Positions 17,341 to 24,601 of a DNA stretch of 64,000 nt are shown here, one piece after another. The translations under genes were made by a program, and so were the position numbers. The first letter of the stretch is position 1, and every line of letters begins with the position of its first letter. This DNA comes from Acidaminococcales bacterium. GTDB taxonomy: Bacteria > Bacillota > Negativicutes > Acidaminococcales > JAISLQ01. The DNA lies in the NCBI GenBank assembly GCA_031551525.1, contig JAVBNN010000009.1, positions 1,120 to 65,119 of the forward strand. Direction: 5' to 3'. The notes beneath the pieces were generated by a model. That model was not told the DNA's origin, did no database searches, and worked only from the letters and a program-made list of their open reading frames with translations.

Positions 17341-19282
17341 CGTGATAGTTAAGCGTGACGGGCGAAAAATGCCTTTTGACGAAAGTAAAATAACCAACGC
17401 CATATTCAGGGCGGCTAACGCGGTGGGCGGCGCCGACCGGCAGTTAGCCATGGAAATAACTATAGATGTATTGCGCTATATTAAAACCAAATATAATGGC
17501 GGCTCCTTTGGCGTCGAAGACGTTCAGGACGCAGTGGAGAAAGTGCTTATCGAACGTGGGCACGCCAGAACTGCCAAAGCGTATATCCTTTACCGGGCCC
17601 GTCGCAATAACATCAGAAACGCCCGTTCCGAACTTATGGACGCCGTGGCAGACATCCTTGTCGAAACCAATCGCGATAACGCGAACATTTCTAATTCCCC
17701 TTCGGCCAAAATGCTGCAGATAGCCAGCGCGGCCAGCAAAGAATATTACTTGTCCCGACTGATCCCGGAGCATATTGCCGCGGCGCATAAGCGTGGCGAC
17801 ATACATATACATGACCTTGATTTTTACGGAAAAACGCTCAATTGCGTAAACATTCCGCTCAAAAAACTTTTACAGAACGGTTTCAATAACGGGCACGGCT
17901 ACATCAGGCCGCCCCGTCGCCCGGGATCGGCTACCGCTCTGGCGGCTATCGTCCTGCAAAGCTCGCAAAACGATATGTTCGGCGGTCAGTCCTTTGGTTT
18001 TTTTGACTTTGACATGGCTTCTTTTATGAAGGACGCCAGTGACGAAGAAGCCTTCCAGTCTATGGAAGCGCTGGTCTACAACCTCAACAGCATGCATTCT
18101 CGCGCCGGCGCACAAGTACCATTCTCCAGCCTCAATCTTGGTCTTGACACATCGGATGAAGGACGCAAAGTTACCAAAAACCTTCTTTTGGCTTATGAAA
18201 AAGGCCTTGGCCGCGGTGAAAACCCTATTTTCCCCAATATAATCTTTCGCGTGAAAAAAGGCATCAATTTCGCCGAAGGCGATCCCAACTATGATCTTTT
18301 CAAACTGGCTATCCGTGTCGCTTCGCAGCGCATGAACCCGACCTTTAGCTTTATGGACACGACCTTTAACAAGCCATACGATGGTGAAGTAGCCTATATG
18401 GGTTGCCGCACCAGAGTTATCGCCGACCGGCATGGGGAGTCTATTACTACTGGCCGCGGCAACCTGTCCTTTACCACTATAAACTTGCCCCGTCTTGCTA
18501 TGCGGGCTGAACGCAATATAATGCTTTTTTACCAATACCTCGATGAAATGATCGAACTTACCAGTGAACAACTTTACCACCGTTTTGAAGTACAGAGCAA
18601 ACTGCGGATGAACGACCTGCCCTTTTTGATGGGACAGGGACTGTATCTTGACTCTGATAAACTCGGACCGGACGATACTATCAAGGAAGTCATCAAACAC
18701 GGTACCCTTACAATTGGCTTTATCGGACTTGCGGAAACCCTGGTTTCCCTCACCGGGGCACACCACGGCGAAAACGAAGACTCAAGAGCACTCGGAGAAG
18801 AAATAGTCGCTTTCCTGCGTAACAAGACGGATAAAATGGCGGAGCGCTACGACCTTAATTATACACTTATCGCTACCCCGGCCGAGGGACTCTCGGGGCG
18901 TTTTGTAAATATGGACAGGAAAGAATTCGGACTTATCCCCGGCGTCACGGACAAGAGCTTTTATACTAACTCCTTTCATGTGCCGGTCAACTATCGCATC
19001 AGCGCTTTTGAAAAAATGAAGATCGAAGGCAAATTTCACGGCTACACCAATGCCGGACATATCAGCTATGTAGAATTTTCCTCGCCGCCCGTCAACAACC
19101 TTACCGCAGTGGAAGACCTGTTGAAATTTATGCTGGAATGTGACTGCGGCTATGCCGGCATAAATTTTCCGATAGACTATTGCGACAATTGCGGCTATCT
19201 TGGCGTTATCAACCAGGATTATTGCCCGCGGTGCGATTCGAGCCATGTGCGCTGCACCGTGCGCAAAAACCACGACAATTAA
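17333..19282 (+). CDS. nrdD: Anaerobic ribonucleoside-triphosphate reductase large protein NrdD, lacking the C-terminal glycyl-radical domain
   Basis: N-terminal ATP-cone (VIVKRDGRKMPFDESKI...), the core motif AYMGCRTRV, and the C-terminal Zn-ribbon CDNCGYLGVINQDYCPRC. The protein stops 15 aa later (DSSHVRCTVRKNHDN*) with no RxxGY glycyl-radical motif. nrdG starts only 15 nt after the stop. Confidence 0.9.
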   Translation: MFDVIVKRDGRKMPFDESKITNAIFRAANAVGGADRQLAMEITIDVLRYIKTKYNGGSFGVEDVQDAVEKVLIERGHARTAKAYILYRARRNNIRNARSELMDAVADILVETNRDNANISNSPSAKMLQIASAASKEYYLSRLIPEHIAAAHKRGDIHIHDLDFYGKTLNCVNIPLKKLLQNGFNNGHGYIRPPRRPGSATALAAIVLQSSQNDMFGGQSFGFFDFDMASFMKDASDEEAFQSMEALVYNLNSMHSRAGAQVPFSSLNLGLDTSDEGRKVTKNLLLAYEKGLGRGENPIFPNIIFRVKKGINFAEGDPNYDLFKLAIRVASQRMNPTFSFMDTTFNKPYDGEVAYMGCRTRVIADRHGESITTGRGNLSFTTINLPRLAMRAERNIMLFYQYLDEMIELTSEQLYHRFEVQSKLRMNDLPFLMGQGLYLDSDKLGPDDTIKEVIKHGTLTIGFIGLAETLVSLTGAHHGENEDSRALGEEIVAFLRNKTDKMAERYDLNYTLIATPAEGLSGRFVNMDRKEFGLIPGVTDKSFYTNSFHVPVNYRISAFEKMKIEGKFHGYTNAGHISYVEFSSPPVNNLTAVEDLLKFMLECDCGYAGINFPIDYCDNCGYLGVINQDYCPRCDSSHVRCTVRKNHDN

Positions 19283-19297
19283 CTGGGGGCGTAAAAG

Positions 19298-19792
19298 GTG
19301 CTTAGAGTTGCCAATATCCTGCCCGAATCCGTCGTTGACGGAAGCGGTATAAGGACGGTAGTATTCTTTCAAGGTTGCCTGCATCATTGTCCGGGCTGTC
19401 ATAACCCGGATCTGCTTGAACTTTGCGGCGGAACCGCCTATACCGTGGAAGAACTTGCCGATTCTATCATAGAAGAACTAACCGCCCTCCATAAAGGAGT
19501 GACTTTTAGCGGGGGCGACCCGCTTTTGCAGGCGGAAGAACTGGAAAAACTCATTATTATTTTGCGCCAAAGACGGCCGCATATCAACATCTGGCTCTAC
19601 ACAGGCTATGTTTACGAAAACATTTCCGGCTGGCCGGTCTTGCGAGGTGTGGATGTATTGGTGGACGGCCCCTTTAAAGAAGGGGAGCGGGATCTTTTAT
19701 TAAGATTTCGAGGTTCAGCAAACCAAAAAATAATTGATATTCCTAAATCTCTGGCCACAGGCCAGACGATAGAATACCAACTACCAGATTGA
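19298..19792 (+). CDS. nrdG: Anaerobic ribonucleotide reductase activating protein (radical SAM)
   Basis: GTG start. VVFFQGCLHHCPGCHNPD contains the CxxxCxxC cluster. About 164 aa, typical NrdG size and position. Confidence 0.92.
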   Translation: MLRVANILPESVVDGSGIRTVVFFQGCLHHCPGCHNPDLLELCGGTAYTVEELADSIIEELTALHKGVTFSGGDPLLQAEELEKLIIILRQRRPHINIWLYTGYVYENISGWPVLRGVDVLVDGPFKEGERDLLLRFRGSANQKIIDIPKSLATGQTIEYQLPD

Positions 19793-19818
19793 CAGGGCGA
19801 AAGCCCTGTTATTTTTTT
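19792..19818 (+). terminator. Rho-independent terminator after nrdG
   Basis: CAGGGC (19793-19798), GAAA loop and GCCCTG (19803-19808), followed by TTATTTTTTT. Confidence 0.8.
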
Positions 19819-19878
19819 GCAGGAAAAAAACCGTATAAAGAGAATATATACTACAAATACTTAAAGAGGTGTGCCTGG

Positions 19879-20331
19879 ATGCGTCTTTTTACCGCGCTGA
19901 AAACAGGAGGGGACATTGATATACTGACCGCCCTGGCCGACGATGGATTCGTGCCTATACCGGCGGACGATTTTGACGGAGAAGACCGTTTTTCCGTAGC
20001 AGTCACCGGAGACGCTGGCGATAATGACCGCGTATGGATAAAATGGCGGCCACAGCTCATTTTTTCCGCCAGTAAAGCAGGCATCAACAGCAAACTCTAC
20101 AACTGGCATACTTATGAAGTGGGCGCGAAAAAACTCTTTTTGGGTGTTCTCTCTGACCGGCCGTTTGTATTGCCCGGCGACTGGTATCTGGATTATCGGT
20201 GCAGCTCTGATGATAGCGCGGTTTTTTTGAAGGCTCTGGCCGACTACAGTTACCGCTATGTTCTTGCGGAAGCCATGGCGGAAAACGCCGAATGGTGCGG
20301 GCATATGTCGTCGGTAGTACATAGATTATAA
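19879..20331 (+). CDS. Hypothetical protein (about 150 aa), no recognisable motif
   Basis: ORF-track frame 19789-20331. Start moved to MRLFTALK (ATG 19879) behind AAGAGGTG, because 19789-19818 is the nrdG terminator. It ends 7 nt before the PPK2 gene. Confidence 0.55.
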   Translation: MRLFTALKTGGDIDILTALADDGFVPIPADDFDGEDRFSVAVTGDAGDNDRVWIKWRPQLIFSASKAGINSKLYNWHTYEVGAKKLFLGVLSDRPFVLPGDWYLDYRCSSDDSAVFLKALADYSYRYVLAEAMAENAEWCGHMSSVVHRL

Positions 20332-20338
20332 GGAGTGG

Positions 20339-21844
20339 ATGTCGTTGCTCGATACTTTAGATTTAAAACTTAGCCTCGATAAAAAAGAATACAAAAAAAT
20401 CAAAGATGAGCGCATGGAACGTCTGGGGGCGCTTCAGCGCGCGATACGCGACGCCAAAATCCCGGTAGTCATTATTTTCGAAGGCTGGAACTCATCCGGT
20501 AAAGGTGTATTGATAAACTCTTTGGTGCAGGCCATGGACCCACGCGGTTTTAAAGTCCATACCTCATATCAGGCCAGGGAAGAAGAACGCAGCAAACCGT
20601 TTTTCTGGCAATTTTGGACCAAGCTTCCGGCTAAGGGCAACCTGGCTATTTTCGACCGGGGCTGGTATTTCCAAACCGTGCACCGCGAGGTTTGCGGACA
20701 CGCCAGTGCAATGGAAAGCGCCATAGCATACGGCGACATCAACGCTTTTGAACGCCTCTTGACAGATGATAATCACATCATCATAAAATTTTTTACACAT
20801 ATCTCAGCTAAAGAACACAAAAAGCGCATCAAAGAATTGGAGAAGAATTTTGGCAAGGATTGGCGGCCAACTGACGAAGACTGGCGAGAGATAAAAATAT
20901 ATGAGCCGCTCTTGGCTATATACGAGGAAATGTTCAGCAAAACCGATACTGCGCACGCTCCGTGGGTGGCCGTCGAAGCTCACGATACAAAATACGCACA
21001 AATCAAAGTGCTTGACCATGTGATAAATGTTCTTGAGAAAAAACTCGAAGAAGTCGAAACAGCAAAAAAAGAAACTGTGCAGTGTAAAAAAGAGAAAACG
21101 CAAAACCCTTTGCCGGAAAACGCTTTTCATTCATCTGTCCTTAATAAAGTCAAGCTCGACCAGGATGTAACGGAAAAAGAATATGAAGAAAAAATGGACA
21201 AGTATCAGGAACGGTTGCAAGAACTGCAGTTCAAACTGTTTCGCAGCAAAATGCCGATGATACTGGTATTTGAAGGATGGGACGCAGCCGGAAAAGGCGG
21301 TACAATAAAGCGGGTGACGGCGCATATGGATCCGCGCGGGTACTACGTTACACCCGTGGCTGCGCCCGGCCTCGTCGACCGTGACTACCACTATCTTTGG
21401 CGTTTCTGGAAAGAAATGCCTCCCAAAGGAATGGTGGCGATTTTTGACCGTAGCTGGTATGGGCGTGTCATGGTTGAACGGGTAGAGGGTTTTGCCACGG
21501 AAGACCAGTGGCGCAGGGCTTACAAAGAAATCAACGAAATGGAAGAGCAACTCACCAACAGCGGCAACATTCTTTTAAAATTCTGGTTGCAGATCGACAA
21601 AGAGGAACAACTTCGCCGTTTTGAAGACCGCCAGAGTACGCCAGCCAAAAACTGGAAAATAACAGAAGAGGACTGGCGCAACAGGGAAAAATGGGATGAA
21701 TATGAAGTCGCTGTAAATGAAATGCTCTTTAGGACGAGCACGACCCACGCCCCCTGGACCATAGTAGAATCCAACTGTAAGTTTTATGGCCGCCTGAAAA
21801 CTATCAAAACCATCGTGAATCATATAGAAAGCCATTTCAAGTAA
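20339..21844 (+). CDS. Two-domain polyphosphate kinase 2 family protein (polyphosphate:AMP/nucleotide phosphotransferase type)
   Basis: Two PPK2 modules. The first has VVIIFEGWNSSGKGV...MDPRGFKV...FWQFW..LPAKGNLAIFDRGWY. The second has ILVFEGWDAAGKGGTIKRVTAHMDPRGYYV...YLWRFWKEMPPKGMVAIFDRSWYGRV. Confidence 0.88.
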   Translation: MSLLDTLDLKLSLDKKEYKKIKDERMERLGALQRAIRDAKIPVVIIFEGWNSSGKGVLINSLVQAMDPRGFKVHTSYQAREEERSKPFFWQFWTKLPAKGNLAIFDRGWYFQTVHREVCGHASAMESAIAYGDINAFERLLTDDNHIIIKFFTHISAKEHKKRIKELEKNFGKDWRPTDEDWREIKIYEPLLAIYEEMFSKTDTAHAPWVAVEAHDTKYAQIKVLDHVINVLEKKLEEVETAKKETVQCKKEKTQNPLPENAFHSSVLNKVKLDQDVTEKEYEEKMDKYQERLQELQFKLFRSKMPMILVFEGWDAAGKGGTIKRVTAHMDPRGYYVTPVAAPGLVDRDYHYLWRFWKEMPPKGMVAIFDRSWYGRVMVERVEGFATEDQWRRAYKEINEMEEQLTNSGNILLKFWLQIDKEEQLRRFEDRQSTPAKNWKITEEDWRNREKWDEYEVAVNEMLFRTSTTHAPWTIVESNCKFYGRLKTIKTIVNHIESHFK

Positions 21845-21890
21845 ACAACATATAGTATTGCAAAAGATAACCCCGTACTATATAATGTAT
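21843..21890 (+). promoter_or_regulatory. Second tandem NrdR-box pair, overlapping a sigma-70-type promoter in front of the small glycyl-radical ORF
   Basis: Box A core is CAACATATAG (21846-21855; reverse strand CTATATGTTG, 9/10 to CwAtATaTwG). Box B core is CTATATAATG (21878-21887, 9/10). Centres are 32 bp apart. TTGCAA (21858-21863), a 17-nt spacer and TATAAT (21881-21886) form the promoter. Confidence 0.7.
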
Positions 21891-21950
21891 GTTGCAAGAA
21901 GGGCTTTTGTTTAGGCAACATGATTCAAGCCCGCAGAGGGGGACAAAGCA

Positions 21951-22244
21951 GTGCAAAAATTTGTTTTTCAGGACGTTCTGGTCAGCTGCCCGGAAGAGAT
22001 GCCGTTACCGGAGGCCAGGGGATATGTGGCCGAGCAACTTACGATAAAGCCCGGCTGTAAACTAGCTGAACTGGAGATAAAACTGGCTGGAAATGAAGTC
22101 GTATTGGCGCCACATTATGATTCTATCGTGCGCATACGCCGCATAACCGGTTATCTCAGTACCATCAGCAAATTCAACGATGCCAAAAAAGACGAAGAGC
22201 GCAGCCGCTTGAAACATATCTGCTGTGATAGCGCCTGCGGCTGA
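21951..22244 (+). CDS. Stand-alone glycyl-radical domain protein homologous to the NrdD C-terminus (97 aa)
   Basis: GTG start behind AGAGGGGGA. The C-terminal half HYDSIVRIRRITGYLSTISKFNDAKKDEERSRLKH matches the NrdD glycyl-radical consensus (RxxGYL...N.GK..E...R.KH). The predicted radical Gly67 codon is at 22149-22151. The N-terminal roughly 55 aa have no recognisable motif. Confidence 0.75.
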   Translation: MQKFVFQDVLVSCPEEMPLPEARGYVAEQLTIKPGCKLAELEIKLAGNEVVLAPHYDSIVRIRRITGYLSTISKFNDAKKDEERSRLKHICCDSACG

Positions 22245-22264
22245 TGCCGTTTCCGCAAATTCAT

Positions 22265-22306
22265 AAAAAGCAAAAGAGGAAGGAGCTCCTTCCTCTTTTG
22301 CTTTTC
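22265..22306. terminator. Bidirectional terminator between the small glycyl-radical ORF and the convergent PfkB kinase
   Basis: A perfect 20-bp palindrome AAAAGCAAAAGAGGAAGGAG/CTCCTTCCTCTTTTGCTTTT centred at 22285/22286, with A and T runs on either side. Confidence 0.8.
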
Positions 22307-22323
22307 AATATGAACCGACCATA

Positions 22324-23283
22324 TTACTTCTTCACCCAAGAGAGCAATTTTTCTCTATAACTCTCATTTTTCAAGGCGTCTATGGCGGAACACTCGCTAT
22401 TTTTATCAGCGATGACCAAAGATGCAAGCTTGGCGCCTATGTCGACCGCGTCGCGCAGACTTTGGCCATGTAAAAGGGCGGCCGACGTAGCGGAAAAAAA
22501 GGAATCCCCGGCGCCGGTCGAATCCACTACCGTAGTAGGGTAGGCTTTTTGCAGCCCGCAATCACCATATTGGTCAAGATAGGCGGCGCCCGCTTCGCCC
22601 AAAGTGACGACGAAATTTTTAAGGCTGTGGCCTTTGGCAAAATCCTGCATGGCAGACAGTAGAATGTCTGACGGACCCTCAACAGGCTGCCCGAAAAGAC
22701 GGGAAGCTTCCTCTTTGTTGCAAATAAAACAATGAATATCTTTAAAAAGATCATAATGTTGACCGATGACTGAAAAATTGCCGGGCAGGGCGTAGACCTT
22801 TCGCCCGGCGGCGGTTGCGCTGTCGATGATCGCGCGCGCCAAATCTTCGCTTAAGTCTATTTCCAGCAAAATAGCATCCACTTTTGCCAAAACAGAGGGC
22901 AAATTAGACATTATTGCCTTGTGCATCAAATCTATATCCGGCATTTGCGACACCGACCCCAAAAGCTCACCGTCGTGGCCGATGAGCGCCAGCCAAGCGC
23001 CTGTGCCGCCCTGGGCGACAAAAGTGGCGTTTTCAAAATGTACGCCCATGGAAACCAGCCTGGTTTTAAGGAGTTCTCCTGACCCGTCCTGGTTTAAAGT
23101 GCCGACAAACCAGGTGTCTACATCGAGATGGGCCATATTTACGGCCACATTGCGGGCTACCCCGCCGGCCACCAGTTCCACCCGGCCGAGATTGCGTCCG
23201 GCAGGATTGAAACCGGGACCGGCAAAACCTTTATAATCTATGAACACTGTTCCGATGACAGCGGCACATGGCCGTGGTTGCAT
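22324..23283 (-). CDS. PfkB-family carbohydrate/nucleoside kinase
   Basis: VIGTVFIDYKGF...GGVARNVAVNMA and the PfkB signature VVDSTGAGDSFFSA. GGGGAGGT RBS. Confidence 0.8.
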   Translation of the reverse strand: MQPRPCAAVIGTVFIDYKGFAGPGFNPAGRNLGRVELVAGGVARNVAVNMAHLDVDTWFVGTLNQDGSGELLKTRLVSMGVHFENATFVAQGGTGAWLALIGHDGELLGSVSQMPDIDLMHKAIMSNLPSVLAKVDAILLEIDLSEDLARAIIDSATAAGRKVYALPGNFSVIGQHYDLFKDIHCFICNKEEASRLFGQPVEGPSDILLSAMQDFAKGHSLKNFVVTLGEAGAAYLDQYGDCGLQKAYPTTVVDSTGAGDSFFSATSAALLHGQSLRDAVDIGAKLASLVIADKNSECSAIDALKNESYREKLLSWVKK

Positions 23284-23300
23284 GTAAAATACCTCCCCGA

Positions 23301-23792
23301 TTAGCGCATATTGGTGAATTGCAAATCTACGCCAAAATCTCCCTGCTTCAGGGCTTGTATGACTGCCTGCAACTCATCTTTTTTAGCGCCGCTGACTCTT
23401 ACCTGGTCATCCATGATCTGGGCCTGGACCTTGAGTTTGAGGTTTTTTATCGTATTGACTATATCTTTTGCCTTATCTTTGGCGATACCCTTTTGAATAG
23501 TGATAATTTGGCGTACGGTGCCCTTGGAAGCCGGCTCTATCTTGCCGGAAATCAGGCAGCGCAAAGGCAGTTCGCGTTTTGCCATGCGCACGCGAAGCAT
23601 GTCGAGTATGGTCTCCAGTTTGTATTCATCCTCGGCGGACAGCTTTATTTCATTATCCACCAATTCGATGCTGGCCGACGAATTTTTAAAATCATACCTC
23701 TGCGCAATCTCGCGCGCGACCTGGTTGATCGAATTATCCATCTCCTGCATGTCGACTTCCGATACTACGTCAAAAGAGCTGTCTTTAGCCAT
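23301..23792 (-). CDS. yajQ: YajQ family nucleotide-binding protein (UPF0234)
   Basis: MAKDSSFDVVSEVDMQEMDNSINQVAREIAQRYDFKNSSASIEL... and the 163-aa length are typical of YajQ. Confidence 0.88.
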   Translation of the reverse strand: MAKDSSFDVVSEVDMQEMDNSINQVAREIAQRYDFKNSSASIELVDNEIKLSAEDEYKLETILDMLRVRMAKRELPLRCLISGKIEPASKGTVRQIITIQKGIAKDKAKDIVNTIKNLKLKVQAQIMDDQVRVSGAKKDELQAVIQALKQGDFGVDLQFTNMR

Positions 23793-23882
23793 GATGTAAC
23801 CTCCGTGATAATATTTGCCTTATTGTAGCATATAAACATACTGCCCTCAATATAGATAAAAAAGAAAGAGAGCAAGCGCTCT

Positions 23883-24371
23883 CTAAAGAAAACGGTTTTC
23901 AACTACATTGTAAGCCAGTGCATTGTACTCCTGAACACCGTCACTGGTAGTCACTATAACATGACCGGAAAACTTGGCAACTTTTGTTTGCCAGCAGTAT
24001 TCGCCATAATCGGATGTTATCTCCATGCCGTCACGCTTGAAACATAGATTGCCGGATATTTCGGCCGTTTTGCGGTTGGAATAAACGTACAAGTCGTCGC
24101 CGTTAAAGACGATATCGTCCTGGGTAAAGGTGATATTACCACGGGCCCAGACATTTAGGGAAAGAGGATCAAACGTAGCCTGGTTCGCGGTGGCAGTCCG
24201 GTTTTTAGCGCTGACGCAGACATCGCCGGTCAGCACATAAAGTCCGCGCGCCGGATCGAAATATTGTTTGTTCGCTTTTATGAACGGCTTTTCAGCAGCA
24301 TAAGAAATATTTGTTAATATGCTGGCGCTAAAAAAAAGTGCTGCCAGCAACACAAGAAATTTTTTCACCAT
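23883..24371 (-). CDS. Secreted OstA/LptA-like beta-jellyroll protein (tentative)
   Basis: Start moved to MVKKFLVLLAALFFSASILTNISYA (signal peptide; ATG 24371, GGAAGGA RBS). Repetitive beta-strand pattern L.GDV....K......A..A.......V.A.GN..F.....F.GDDL.....K.A...GN resembles OstA_N/LptA. The function call rests on pattern only. Confidence 0.45.
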   Translation of the reverse strand: MVKKFLVLLAALFFSASILTNISYAAEKPFIKANKQYFDPARGLYVLTGDVCVSAKNRTATANQATFDPLSLNVWARGNITFTQDDIVFNGDDLYVYSNRKTAEISGNLCFKRDGMEITSDYGEYCWQTKVAKFSGHVIVTTSDGVQEYNALAYNVVENRFL

Positions 24372-24601
24372 AAAATCACTTCCTTCCGATATATTATAGC
24401 AAAAAAAAGCGGTATTTGCTAAAAAAATTATCTTTTCACGGCAGGAAAACCCGCCAATACTGAAAAACACTAAATAAAACCGACGCCAATAAAGTGCGGG
24501 CCCGCGGCGTAAAAAAGAGGAAATAGAGAATTTTTATTGAATAATAATCTCAAACAGTAAAATATTTGGTGCTGTTTAAGTTGATACGGCGGTGTAAGTC
24601 C

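Noticed and set aside
17870-18766. 298-aa minus-strand ORF inside nrdD. Similar long antisense ORFs occur at 44277-45110 (miaB), 48954-49661 (mutL), 55025-55924 (M42 peptidase), 56601-57449 (ndk/pduO) and 42656-43462 (NlpC/P60).
   Set aside because: All are opposite genes with strong family motifs. They have no RBS or motif support and show shadow-ORF composition.
19283-19297. Possibility that the nrdD truncation is a simple frameshift or sequencing artefact hiding a downstream glycyl-radical tail
   Set aside because: Only 15 nt separate the nrdD stop from the nrdG start. None of the three frames across 19235-19400 encodes an RxxGY...E...R..H segment, so a local indel cannot restore the domain. 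Assembly error elsewhere cannot be excluded without reads.
20339-21844. Internal duplication within the PPK2 gene, considered as a DNA repeat feature
   Set aside because: The two halves are similar only at the protein-motif level (two PPK2 domains). This is a known domain architecture, not a recent nucleotide repeat.
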